A stretch of DNA of 64,000 nt from Flectonema sp. DT1601. Its lineage: Eukaryota. The position numbers were made by a program, and so were the translations under genes. A model generated the notes under the pieces. That model had not been told where the DNA came from. It did no database searches and saw nothing but the letters and a program-made list of their open reading frames with translations. Where the stretch lies: NCBI GenBank assembly GCA_964019425.1, contig OZ025792.1, forward strand, positions 496,001 through 560,000, written 5' to 3'. Shown one piece after another: positions 10,875 to 21,726 of the stretch; the stretch's first letter is position 1, and every line of letters begins with the position of its first letter.

Positions 10875-11960
10875 CTATAGTTTTGAGAGAATCTCATCGT
10901 TTGCTTCACCTGCAACAGGGAATGGAAATTTTTTAACACCAGGAGTTCTTGAGAGCTTTGGTGCTGGTTGTGGAATTGGCATTCTCTTATCGAATGTACA
11001 GAAAGTATTTCTAAGTTTATTGTGTTTGTTTTCTGCTGCCTCAGCCATGCTCAGAACCGGAAAGGCACAAGCGTTTGATCCTTCGAAAATAGCTTCCCAC
11101 TCAGAACGAGTTTTAGAGAGAAAAGTTTTTTCAAAAAGGGTTCGCATAGCAGGCCAACCACTGCTGTCATGCTGTGATGTTGATGGTGTAACTCCAAGAC
11201 AGCTAATGAATGACTTGTAGAACTGAGGTTCCAATGCGCCAACAGAGAAGAATAATCCATCCTTTGTCTTATAGGTTTGATAAAAGGGAGCACCTCCATC
11301 TAGCAACGAAGTACCCACTTTGTCTGTTTCGTTAGAAATCGATCCGAGACGAACTAATTCACTAACAAAGGTACTGAGGTACGCAGCACCATCAACCATT
11401 GCCGCGTCAATTACTTGACCTTTGTTTGATTTTACTCTCTCGAATAGCGCTACGACGATACCAAAGGCGCACATTGCACCTCCTCCAGCAAAGTCTCCCA
11501 AGATGTTTACAGGAGGAGTTGGGTCTTGACCTTCACGTCTTAAAGCAGATAAGATACCACTGATTGCTAAATAATTAATATCGTGGCCGGCAGCATTCTC
11601 GGTACTTGGGACACCACCTTGTCCGAATCCAGTCATTCTTGCGTATATCAACCTTGGATTAATAGCACAAAGAACATCTGGTCCAAGACCAAGCTTCTCC
11701 ATCACACCTGGTCGGAAAGGTTCGATTAGGACGTCTGCTGTTTGGATTAGTTTCTTAACTTGTTCAGTTCCTTCAGGGCTTTTTAAATCGATTGAAATGC
11801 TTCTTTTTCCTCTTCCTAAAACATCAGGAGCCGGTGCTCTTCTTTTCGCCTTTCTATCAATTCGGATAACTTCTGCACCGAAATCTGATAACATCATTCC
11901 AGCAAATGGACCTGGAGCTAGCCCAGCAAACTCTAACACCCTAATTCCATTAAGAGCCAT
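10875..11960 (-). CDS. AMACR: Alpha-methylacyl-CoA racemase (CaiB/BaiF CoA-transferase III family), peroxisomal
   Basis: GIRVLEFAGLAPGPFAGMMLSDFGAEV, GHDINY, NILGDFAGG, GALEPQFY; C-terminal SKL (PTS1). Confidence 0.93.
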   Translation of the reverse strand: MALNGIRVLEFAGLAPGPFAGMMLSDFGAEVIRIDRKAKRRAPAPDVLGRGKRSISIDLKSPEGTEQVKKLIQTADVLIEPFRPGVMEKLGLGPDVLCAINPRLIYARMTGFGQGGVPSTENAAGHDINYLAISGILSALRREGQDPTPPVNILGDFAGGGAMCAFGIVVALFERVKSNKGQVIDAAMVDGAAYLSTFVSELVRLGSISNETDKVGTSLLDGGAPFYQTYKTKDGLFFSVGALEPQFYKSFISCLGVTPSTSQHDSSGWPAMRTLFEKTFLSKTRSEWEAIFEGSNACAFPVLSMAEAAENKHNKLRNTFCTFDKRMPIPQPAPKLSRTPGVKKFPFPVAGEANDEILSKL

Positions 11961-12161
11961 CTTAGTAAGTTTCTAAGTGAGTGAATGAATGAAATTTTAA
12001 TCGTTGAAATACTCTTTTTGTACCTTAACAACTCTGTTGTCAGAGAGCTATAAGATCAATGGGTAATATGTCTCGTTGAGGTCATCTCCAAAAGTTTTAG
12101 CAGTGAGAAAGATTATCTAAAAACTCGAATATAAGTTACAATACCGCAGATGATGAGAATA

Positions 12162-13593
12162 CTACCTGTGATCTAAACTTGCGGCACATGCGGCTGAATG
12201 ACTTTCGTGTGGGTGAAACAGACCCTCAATGATCCTTCTGAATCTTTGAAGTTTGCATCCATCACTAGAACAGCCTTGGATCTTGTGAGATATGTGTTTC
12301 CCGTTATAGAATACTCTTACCTGTTATATATTGTTGTTGTTGTTGTTGTTGTTAATTGAATCAACCAGGTTTAATATAACATACCACATGTGAATCCGGC
12401 TTCACTACTTCTGACCAAAGCTCAATTGCAATCCTACTGGCATAAGGAGGCCAACGACAGTCAAAGGCACCAAGAGATGATAAAATTGGAGCGATGACTG
12501 TATCATGCCCAAAGTATACTCTGTATGGTGTATTTGATGTTCCATCAGCTATTGATTGAAGACCAGTTGAAACGCTGTGTAAAAAAGGGTACATCGCAAG
12601 CCTAGCAGCACGAAGACCTCCATTCGAACCTGCGAAACGATCGCAATAAAACTGATCAGCTGCTTTAAGTAATTCAGCAGCTGTGGTGGCAGACAAACAA
12701 CCACCATCACCACAAGGTAAAGCATGTTCATGACAAGTTCCTGCATAAATTGAATCTGCTAAGTCAGTAGTTGGTTTTTCTGCTGCTTGGGTTCCAAATA
12801 AGATTGCGATATCTTGAGCAAGATGACCTGGTTTTCTATAAGTTTTTCGTTGTGCTTCAGAAAGTTGAACAGCTGTATTACACCCTCCTAAGATAACTTG
12901 TTCACCTGTTGAGGGTCTGTTTGGTTGATTTGATCCAGCGCTTGTTGCTCTGACACCAACACCGTGCATCGATTCGTCTGATTCTTTATCATGAACATGA
13001 ATTTTAATTCCCTCACTCGATTCAGAAAATTCAGATAAAAACGCTGCAGCACTATTAAGAGTACGAGCATAGTCTGTTGACCTACTGTAGATGTTCGAAC
13101 CTACAGTTGGAATTCGAGAGTGATAACGAGAACGGAGGTATGACCCGATTTGATTCAACTGCTGAATTCCATTCAACGTAAGCTGACCAGGATTGCAATG
13201 AAGTCCATCAGGTTTTGTTACTTTAAATGATTCTTCTTTATCTGATAGTAGTCTGCCATCTTCTTCTGAGTATGCTTTGATACGATGATCCCATTGTGGA
13301 AGGTTACTACAATTGTATTCTGGAATAGCTGTAGAACCAGGAACAGAATGAATAGCACTACGATCTCCATGTCTCATAAACAACGTCACACCAAGTAGCT
13401 TCATTCCATTGATGTGTTCTCCTTCTTCTCCAGTTGGTTTTGTTCTCTTGCAGTAGTACTCTGATCTCCATGTAAATTCTGGTGTTGCTAATCCTGCAGG
13501 TACTGGACTGCTTCTACTAACGTAAAATATTAATAATAATATGATACTTACACCAATAACTAGCTTGTTGCGTTTAGTCGGAGGGAGGTACAT
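12162..13593 (-). CDS. Histidine acid phosphatase, type II membrane anchored; 2 exons (13593-12385, 12320-12162), ~455 aa
   Basis: RHGDR, GQLT, RST...RT and GHDT motifs with an N-terminal TM. Splicing restores the family-typical VRVFYNG..C....C tail. Confidence 0.9.
12321..12384 (-). other. GT-AG cis-intron (64 nt)
   Basis: GTATGTTATAT...(AAC)n AATATATAACAG; in-frame join HV|VRVFYNG. Confidence 0.9.
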
Positions 13594-13917
13594 ATTTGTG
13601 TTGTGTTTCTCCCTTCCTTTTTTTTTTTTTTAAATTAAAATTATAACAATATGGTTTTGTTTTGTTTAAAGAAAGAGATCACAAGAAAAAAAGAAAGAAA
13701 AAAAAAAAACCAAGCACGTAGTTGCTTTATATCATTTGGAAGAAGAGTTCCCATGTTACAAAAAAAAAAAAAAAAAAATGCCAGGGATCTCCAACTTTAG
13801 GAGTGACAAAAATTAATTCCCCTCTTTTGCCAATGATTAAAAAAAAAACATAACCGATATTACAGGAAGAAAGAAAAATTATTATTATTATTATTATTTT
13901 TTTTTTTTTTTTTCCCT

Positions 13918-15462
13918 TCATACTCTTTCATAGAATAGAAGATAAGCTTCGCAGCTTAAAACTTCAAAAACAGAAACTTCTCTGACATACGAATCTGATG
14001 TCAGGTACCAGGTATCTCCTCTTAACTTTGTAGTCGGATCAAGAGGGCGAACGTATGAAGTGTAATGGCCGTATGACAGTGATGCTTGTCCACCTGTGTG
14101 AACAACAATACCAAACAACCTGTACACATAACCAGAAGTGTCTTGTAAAAAATTACTGTCAGATAATCCGTTTGCGAATGCGTTTATTCCATCAACCTCA
14201 TTGGAGGGCCATCTTTTAAAATTGTTATTATCATATATTGGAGTGTCTTCACTTGGAATTGGTCCACTTTGACAAGTAAATGGATCAAGCATTAAATCTA
14301 AAGGGAAGGCCATGTAAGAACTGTTCTTCTGTACTCCATATCCAGTTTGGATGAATCTCTTTGCGTGAATCGTAAGAATAGTCGGAACTGAAGAAATCCC
14401 ATATTGTTTATCACATTCCTTGAAATCATCACAAGTAGCACATTTGTATAAATTTCCTTTTTCTTCCATCGGTTCGGTAGAAAAGAAACTACTCAGACAC
14501 GCAACCAAACTGACACCTGAAAACTTTTTCGCATAATTCTCAATAGCTGTTTGATCACAAGCTACAATTGACTCGTCTTTCACAACAGGTTTTTGAAGCA
14601 TTGCTGCTTTGTATGCTTTTCCTTCTTCTTTTTCTAGGCGACCGCGGACGTCGGATTCTTCACGAGTACACATAACAAGTTGTTTGATGCATTGCTTTTC
14701 TTTTTTTGTTGCACCCTCAGGGTATGCATATGGAGATGATGGTGAGGCTGGAGGAGAATCGATGATATCATCATCAACGTCAACCTGAACTGTAGGCTTT
14801 GGTTCTGTTGTCATGTAGCGGTGAAGTTCTCGAAGTCGGGTTTCAGGACTCGCATACAGAGATGGCATTTCAACTGATAGGTCGAAAAACGGTTCATGTC
14901 TAGTAATTCTGTTACCACAACAACGACATTTGATTACACTGTTTAAAACTCCTCTAAAGCTTTTTGTTATAACATTTTGTTTTGATTTCTTCTTCTTACC
15001 ACCAGATTGCTTTTCACTTCTAGCTTTAGAGTACTCAGTCTCCAACCCGTCAAGAAAGAATCTCAACAGCTCTTGGGCATCTTGCTGGGCATGGCTTGAG
15101 AAGGGATCATGTTTTCTGCAAATGCTTTTCCAAAGTGTGTCAGGTGAGAATACAGTGCCTTTGTGTTTTTCAAGGGTGCGTAAGAATACACAAAGTGCAA
15201 CACTCAGATCACCTTGTACTCTGTCTTTAGATCCCTCATCATCAGTTAAATACTGAATTAGTTGTCTTGTTGACGCCATCACCTGAAGTACGCTATTAAA
15301 GAAACAAGTGTTCCCTAAATTACATAATCCAGTCATTACACGAGGTACTTCTTTTTCTTTACGCTCTGCCTCTGCTGCTTCCTGTCGCAATTGCTGATCT
15401 TTCTTTTCTTGAAGCTGTTGCGCCAGCTTTTGTCGCTGGAGAACTGCTCGATTCGCTTTCAT
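13918..15462 (-). CDS. Ubiquitin-specific protease (peptidase C19)
   Basis: Cys box GLCNLGNTCFFNSVLQ, QQDAQE, His box GHYTSY, W...SD, and terminal AYLLFYER. Confidence 0.95.
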   Translation of the reverse strand: MKANRAVLQRQKLAQQLQEKKDQQLRQEAAEAERKEKEVPRVMTGLCNLGNTCFFNSVLQVMASTRQLIQYLTDDEGSKDRVQGDLSVALCVFLRTLEKHKGTVFSPDTLWKSICRKHDPFSSHAQQDAQELLRFFLDGLETEYSKARSEKQSGGKKKKSKQNVITKSFRGVLNSVIKCRCCGNRITRHEPFFDLSVEMPSLYASPETRLRELHRYMTTEPKPTVQVDVDDDIIDSPPASPSSPYAYPEGATKKEKQCIKQLVMCTREESDVRGRLEKEEGKAYKAAMLQKPVVKDESIVACDQTAIENYAKKFSGVSLVACLSSFFSTEPMEEKGNLYKCATCDDFKECDKQYGISSVPTILTIHAKRFIQTGYGVQKNSSYMAFPLDLMLDPFTCQSGPIPSEDTPIYDNNNFKRWPSNEVDGINAFANGLSDSNFLQDTSGYVYRLFGIVVHTGGQASLSYGHYTSYVRPLDPTTKLRGDTWYLTSDSYVREVSVFEVLSCEAYLLFYERV

Positions 15463-15866
15463 ATTTTATTTTTTTTTTTTTTTATTGGGGTGGACCTCCT
15501 CTGAAAACAATTATTATAATAGAAGTGTAATTATTACCTACGAACTGAGGACAGGCATCACTTTTTTCTTTTTTTTTGCTAACTCGACTAATGTGAAATA
15601 TAAAAAACCGGGAAAAAGCAGTAATCAACCAGTTCATATAAAGCAAGGTAGCCATTCCGTAAAAAAACTCTATTAAAATACAATGGTGGAATTATTTCCC
15701 TTTTTTTTTTTTTTTTTTTTTTTTCAATTCAATTGACAAACTTTAAAAATAATTATAACACATAACAACTCAGAAAAATAAAAAATGAAAAAAAAAAAAA
15801 ACATCTAAAAAAAAAAGCACAGATCAAATCTACAATAAGCCAGTGAGGCAAGCAAGTAATAATCAA

Positions 15867-16292
15867 CTAACACGGTAGTGTATCTGGCCTGTCTACTACT
15901 ATTGGAAGAGAGAAGGTTGCTGTGTTAGTGTACAACCCGTCAGTTAAATTATCCGACAGAATAGGAAGTGGTGGAGGAAGATCACCGTGATAAGTATTGT
16001 GTCTCAGTGATTTCGGTGGCTGAGGTAGTGGTGGTGGAGCAGCAGCACCCGACAAATCGATTTGCAACTTCCCTGCATCAGTCATAAATCGTGGTGATAA
16101 TGCTGTGTCTCGATCTCTCATAGTCCCATCAGAAAATGATGTTCCTCTCCTGCTGTAAACAGCGAAAGCGATGATTCCAACAACCAACATCCCTCCGACA
16201 CCACTAGCAACTGGTATAAACCATTCCGTATCAAATGGAAAGGCGACTACACCAGGCAACAGTGACAACAGTACAAGTGTTTGCAATACCAT
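15867..16292 (-). CDS. Small single-pass membrane protein with signal peptide and Pro-rich cytoplasmic tail
   Basis: MVLQTLVLLSLLPGVVA signal, TM GVGGMLVVGIIAFAVY-SRR, PPPLP motifs. Confidence 0.65.
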   Translation of the reverse strand: MVLQTLVLLSLLPGVVAFPFDTEWFIPVASGVGGMLVVGIIAFAVYSRRGTSFSDGTMRDRDTALSPRFMTDAGKLQIDLSGAAAPPPLPQPPKSLRHNTYHGDLPPPLPILSDNLTDGLYTNTATFSLPIVVDRPDTLPC

Positions 16293-16464
16293 TTTCTTAA
16301 AGTCTGTTATCATAAGAAATAAGTTTAAACGAAATAACCAACTACAAAACTAATAAAGTTCTAATAAAGACAAGACGGTATCAATGAGAGATTTTTGGAA
16401 CAATTACCAAAACTAACAAAAAAAAAAAAAAAAACCAACAACCTGTATTGATCAACACCCAGTA

Positions 16465-17019
16465 CTAAGCCTGCATGAGTGTCTTTCCGAGTAGGGTACT
16501 AGTCACAGACGGACAGCGGAAAGCATTGGATGGAGAAGCTATACTGGATCTCATGGGTGTTGCAAATCCTGAAGGAGCGCTTCCCGAACCTCTTTTAAGT
16601 CGATTGTTCTCTTCACGTAATTGTCGGTATCGATGCTCCAAAGAAAGATATTTCTTTCTTGAATTCTGCAACGACTGGTAAACAGACTGCGTTAACATCT
16701 GTTGTCTTTCCAATACCTCCAACAGATGTGTGTTTTGTAATTTACACACAGCTGATCCTTTTGAACTGAGTGCCTCAATCTGAATAGTCGATCGTTCTTT
16801 TATTTCTGCTGGGAATTCTGAACTATTTAACTGAACTGATCTACAGTTTTGTTTACAACAAGGACAGGTTTCTTTATTTTTCATACAACCTGCGCAAATC
16901 AGATGCCTGCAAGACGTAATCACACTGCTTGGTGACATCTTTCCACCACAACTGTTGCAGCGAGCATTAAACTTTCTAGTGACCTGTTTGGCTTCAGCTG
17001 GAGGGCGCTGAAAGTCCAT
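16465..17019 (-). CDS. RING finger plus coiled coil, RNF212/Zip3/HEI10-like
   Basis: N-terminal CNSC..TSCRHLICAGC..CPCCKQNCRSVQL, then a coiled coil and an S/T-P-rich tail; this is the RNF212 architecture. Confidence 0.65.
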   Translation of the reverse strand: MDFQRPPAEAKQVTRKFNARCNSCGGKMSPSSVITSCRHLICAGCMKNKETCPCCKQNCRSVQLNSSEFPAEIKERSTIQIEALSSKGSAVCKLQNTHLLEVLERQQMLTQSVYQSLQNSRKKYLSLEHRYRQLREENNRLKRGSGSAPSGFATPMRSSIASPSNAFRCPSVTSTLLGKTLMQA

Positions 17020-17616
17020 TTTTTTTTTTTTTTTTTTTTTTAAAGCTGTTCAACATAAGGGGAGTTTTCTCATCAAAGTTGAAAGTCACTCTTTCTGTGT
17101 TGTTATCGTACAGCTGAACAGTAACATCTATTTGAGTCACTGAGTGTAATCAGAGAGGGGGGGGGATTTAAAAAAGAAAAACTTCGACACCAAATCATAA
17201 TGGTTATCAGAGTGTAATTAACGATCGGTTTTTTGTTAGGCTTTGTGAGGATTTCATTGTTTTTTGTTACCTTTTTTTTGTTACATTTTTAGTGGGAAAA
17301 CATTCAGATTAACCTTAATACTTTGTTGACCGCAGACAGAATCCTGTCGCACGGGGGGAGACAAGTCTTTACCATCATGGGACTCATAAGAAATAACGGC
17401 TTTCAATCTGCGGTGCAAAAAAAAGAAAAAAAAAAAAAAAAGAAGAAAAAAAAACAGATGTACGCACAGTTATTTAGGTAAGCAAACTCGAATACTACCA
17501 TTTTTTTTTTTTTTTTTTCCAAAAAGATATCGAGAGAACGTAAAGCAAGCAAAAGGTTAAACATCTGCGACAAAGAGCATTCATAGTTTCTTACACTCCA
17601 ACAAGGTATTTCATAA

Positions 17617-20600
17617 CTATAATTGAGACGAAGACACTCTAACTGGCCATCTGTTACTGTCAGAGGATGCGTTTAAAATACCCAACAAATGATCCGTAGT
17701 TGGAATTCGCAATACGTTAGTAACTCCAATAGGAGATGAAACCTGCGGCATCCCAACCATAATAACTGATGGATTTGGTACTGAGTTGACCATTAGTAAG
17801 TCAGCTGGAGAACCGCACACCACAAGTGATGGATTCACGTGTAAGTCGAGACCAAGGGATCTGTCAAGAAAACGAACTCCATCTGCCTTTGTGAAATTTT
17901 TGTGATTTTCTGAAACTCGACTGTCAGCAATTCGAAGTTCTGAAGACGTCTCTTCCAGAATTAGTATTTTCTGTTTATCAACTTCTGTTATGATTTCCTG
18001 AACAGCTTCTCTGAGACGTTTCTTTTCAGGTTTAGGTATTTCTATAAAAGGATCCTCAAGTGTTATAATCGTCTCCCCCCACTTCTGCTGAAACCCTTTT
18101 CCAAATGATAAGAACTTTTTATATTTGTTGGAACGTAGCAGATCGACGACGCGAATATTAAACTCATCTAATTGTTTTTCAGACGGTCCCTCCTCATACG
18201 GAAACGGAAACTTTCCTGTTAACTCACTAGCTGATACAAACACCCTTCCACTGGAACCAGAGTAGTTAAACGTGTTCAATGGATTTACGCAAACATCAAA
18301 GACGCCGTTTGCTTCTACGGGAATCTTTCTGGCTGATGCCTCACCACCTAATGGTGAGGTAGTGATGTAAGTTGATGAGTAGCATTTCGACTTAGCGAAA
18401 CGTGTTAAATAAACGCTGTTATAAATAGGCTGAATTGATGATAAGAATTTAGTATTCCTCATCGTGGCATTGTCTCTCGAGAATATGAATGTTAAATTAT
18501 CAGGAAGAGACTGTATCCACTTACGACCTCGAGAAACGATCTGATCCCAATTAGAATGTTCACTTCTCAGTTTATTTAAAAACAATTTTTCATTTTCCAA
18601 AAACATAATATCCCTAACTAACTCTTCCACTTCAACAGATAAATCAGTCGCATAGCTTCCCCAAACCATGTCATCAACATAAAGTATACTTTTATTATCG
18701 AGTGTTGGAACTGTTGATAAAAAATCTCTCATTTCTTTCAAAGACTCAATTTGATTGTTATTAACATGTTTATGGTCGAATATAGACTGTACTATTTCAG
18801 ATCTGATCACACGAGATCTCCTCATGAGCAAATGAAATTCCGAATGAGTCGACAACGCATACTGAACAGTTACATTACTCCATGGCTTTAGTTGTATTAA
18901 AGTATTTCTAACAGATGCGAATAATTGATTGTTTGTTTGGTGTGCCTCAAGAAGGATACTCACAGTCGATCTACTCACTAAGACATTTATAATATTTCCT
19001 TTAACAAGTCTTTTGAATTGAACTGTGTCACAACCTGGGGGTAAGTCTGGTAAAAAAGACACCAAGTCATCTGATATAGACATACCGACTATGTCGGTAA
19101 TGAGGAAATCAATAGTGCCGGACATAACTCCAACGTGAACGCCTTCGTTAACTGTTCCATCAGCTGAACGTTGACTGAATAAGTCTCCTGATATTGATTG
19201 CTTGAACCACTTAGCCTGAGCACTTTGTCTTTTTAATTTATTAGCAAGTTTGGTATGAACCGTATACGTTAAGGCTGATCCAGATGTAGTTTTAGGACTG
19301 TAATAATCGTAGTTTATTCTTAATGCTGTAGTTGGATCTAAACACAGTAAGGTATGACCATATCCAAGTCTTCGAAATGTCAGTTCAATCTCTTCTGGTG
19401 ATAACACGTAGAATATCATTAAAGTGTCTGGTTGCTTTACTATTTTATAGTCGTCTGGTTTTTTTCCTTCAGCTTTTAAGACTCTGTCTAGTCGTTGTAG
19501 CTGTTCATTCGTGTATTTATTTTTGTATTCTGAGAAGTTGAAATCTCTTAGTTGACTCCAACCATCAAACTGTTCCAAAGCACCCCTCCCTTCATCAATA
19601 AAACAGATTTTTAATTTCGATGAAATGTTTCTCCATAATATCAATTCATTTTCAGAGATATGATATTTACTTTTAAGAACAACATTACGATCAATAATGT
19701 CGAGCATAGTATGTAACATGAATGAGGTAACAACATTAGTATAGGCATTGTCATCAACACCCTTGTCAGAAACATTCGCTTCCTCGTGATATTCATCCGG
19801 TCCCATGACATTGCGAATGTGGTAAATCTCATTGTCAAGAGTCGCACAAGATGAAAAGAATCTGCATATTTCAATCATGAGTTCACCAAGTCCACCGTTT
19901 ATAAGAAAATCATGATCCAGAGTATGTCTGTAATACCTGAATGAATTGATAAAGACAGCGAGTCCTACATGGCGTTGTCTGTTACTCTTGTCAAGATCCC
20001 ACGTCTTGCTTATTGGATTATAATGAACTTGTTGTGTAACTTCAGCTCCCGTGTCAGATGATTGCCACGGAATCATCGCTCCTCGGAATCCATTTTGAGT
20101 CGCATGTTGCATTGCTCTCGGTAATTTATTTATTCTGTATTGCAAATGAGCTCTGGCTGATTTTGGAGAATACAACAGAGTTGGAGGAAACCAAAACAAT
20201 TCATCCCAAAAGATGTGACCTCTTGAACCCTCACCAGTAAGACCCCTTGCAGGAAGACCACAATCAGATGCTATACAATGTTCTGAATATGACGACATGC
20301 TGTGATATAAATTTAGTCTGGCAGTTCGTTGACAGAGACGCATGTTTCGATCTCCTTTGATGATGATGTCAGACAGATTCCATTTCCTAAACCATTCTGA
20401 GATATGAAGTTGTCTTAATGAGTCATACGATCCTTTTGAAGTAATTAAATTAACAGCAGCTGTCTCAGATTCTAAAAAGTTATTTTTTGATATCGATATG
20501 GAAGTTATCTTTTCCAAGATCAGTTTATTTTCTTTAAACGTAACTTCAAACTGACCATCATCGTTGATAGCTGAAGCAATGCAATCACTTACAACAACAT

Positions 20601-21726
20601 GTCTGGACACCATTGAAACAAACGTTGAGCTTAACAAACCTGTTGTTTTGACACTAGCAGTTCCCATAGTTGAGTTTAAACTCTTCTTTTTCAAAGTTTT
20701 TAAATGTTTTTTATTAAGCATACTGTATCTCGGAACTCCATCATTTTCAACGTCACAGTCAATGTCTGATTTCAACTTTATCTCTGCATCGTGATTTAAA
20801 GGTGTTATTTCTATTCTATTTCCACAGATTAGGGGATCACGCATACTAGCAAAACGCTCAAGTTCAATCCTGGTTAGACGTCCTTTTTTATCACAAATAG
20901 TCATGTTGCGAGACATTGTTGCAGTTTTCATGTGGAGAGCATGTTCATAGCTGACTAAGTATTGTGTTGGAATGATTATCTCACCATCGATCAAGAGGGT
21001 TAGTTTGTTGAAATTAGGACAGTTTACTAGGTCGGAATTTTGAACGACAGTACCGCCAACAACAGAGTCTGAAAGGTTGTAAACACCACTGATATAACAA
21101 CCAGGATAATGCTTGCCTGGTGTGTTTAAACAAAAGTCAAGTGAACCTCGTAATCCAACACGACCATTTGCTACAGTTGTAAGTGACTCACGACCAAGTT
21201 CTGATTCCTCATTAAATGAATGATATGTTAAGTTCCAACTCGAGGAGACATTCTGAGAATGATATCTAAAAAGATCAGATGCCTGAATTAGATTAAAATT
21301 ATCACTTGGAATAACACTATCACATCCAAGTGATTTATATAACTCAGATTTTCCAGCTGAAGAAGGATCAGTGCAGACGACGACTCCTAAATTTGCTTCA
21401 TTAGCTGCAACACAACCAGACGGTGAAGTGCAAAGTGCTAAAGTATCCGACGGTGAAATATCCAAATCACCTAAACACCTCGTAATAACTTTTGGACTTG
21501 GTTGGTCATTCTCAACTGATGTCTGTTCATATTTCATTGCCGTTTCTTTCGTTATGACAACATCAAATACAACCGAATAAAGAGATGCTTTCTCTTTAGT
21601 CAACCCAGTGTTGTAAAGTAATAATTTCACACTCCTCTCTTCACTCAAATCCTTCAACAACTGAACTGGGTGAATATCATTCCCCTGACAACATTCAAAC
21701 AAGACTGCTTTAAACGAGTGTCTCAT
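17617..21726 (-). CDS. GH65 (trehalose/maltose phosphorylase family) fused to an N-terminal HAD-like remnant and a C-terminal trehalose-6-phosphate phosphatase (T6PP)-like domain
   Basis: GH65 motifs ESLTTVANGRVGLRGS, GLPARGLTGE, GHIFWDE, GPDEYHE, KQPD, EGVH. The C-terminal SSIQPIYNSVYLTRFA and FTKADG resemble the gob-1/T6PP family. Intronless. Confidence 0.85.
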   Translation of the reverse strand: MRHSFKAVLFECCQGNDIHPVQLLKDLSEERSVKLLLYNTGLTKEKASLYSVVFDVVITKETAMKYEQTSVENDQPSPKVITRCLGDLDISPSDTLALCTSPSGCVAANEANLGVVVCTDPSSAGKSELYKSLGCDSVIPSDNFNLIQASDLFRYHSQNVSSSWNLTYHSFNEESELGRESLTTVANGRVGLRGSLDFCLNTPGKHYPGCYISGVYNLSDSVVGGTVVQNSDLVNCPNFNKLTLLIDGEIIIPTQYLVSYEHALHMKTATMSRNMTICDKKGRLTRIELERFASMRDPLICGNRIEITPLNHDAEIKLKSDIDCDVENDGVPRYSMLNKKHLKTLKKKSLNSTMGTASVKTTGLLSSTFVSMVSRHVVVSDCIASAINDDGQFEVTFKENKLILEKITSISISKNNFLESETAAVNLITSKGSYDSLRQLHISEWFRKWNLSDIIIKGDRNMRLCQRTARLNLYHSMSSYSEHCIASDCGLPARGLTGEGSRGHIFWDELFWFPPTLLYSPKSARAHLQYRINKLPRAMQHATQNGFRGAMIPWQSSDTGAEVTQQVHYNPISKTWDLDKSNRQRHVGLAVFINSFRYYRHTLDHDFLINGGLGELMIEICRFFSSCATLDNEIYHIRNVMGPDEYHEEANVSDKGVDDNAYTNVVTSFMLHTMLDIIDRNVVLKSKYHISENELILWRNISSKLKICFIDEGRGALEQFDGWSQLRDFNFSEYKNKYTNEQLQRLDRVLKAEGKKPDDYKIVKQPDTLMIFYVLSPEEIELTFRRLGYGHTLLCLDPTTALRINYDYYSPKTTSGSALTYTVHTKLANKLKRQSAQAKWFKQSISGDLFSQRSADGTVNEGVHVGVMSGTIDFLITDIVGMSISDDLVSFLPDLPPGCDTVQFKRLVKGNIINVLVSRSTVSILLEAHQTNNQLFASVRNTLIQLKPWSNVTVQYALSTHSEFHLLMRRSRVIRSEIVQSIFDHKHVNNNQIESLKEMRDFLSTVPTLDNKSILYVDDMVWGSYATDLSVEVEELVRDIMFLENEKLFLNKLRSEHSNWDQIVSRGRKWIQSLPDNLTFIFSRDNATMRNTKFLSSIQPIYNSVYLTRFAKSKCYSSTYITTSPLGGEASARKIPVEANGVFDVCVNPLNTFNYSGSSGRVFVSASELTGKFPFPYEEGPSEKQLDEFNIRVVDLLRSNKYKKFLSFGKGFQQKWGETIITLEDPFIEIPKPEKKRLREAVQEIITEVDKQKILILEETSSELRIADSRVSENHKNFTKADGVRFLDRSLGLDLHVNPSLVVCGSPADLLMVNSVPNPSVIMVGMPQVSSPIGVTNVLRIPTTDHLLGILNASSDSNRWPVRVSSSQL

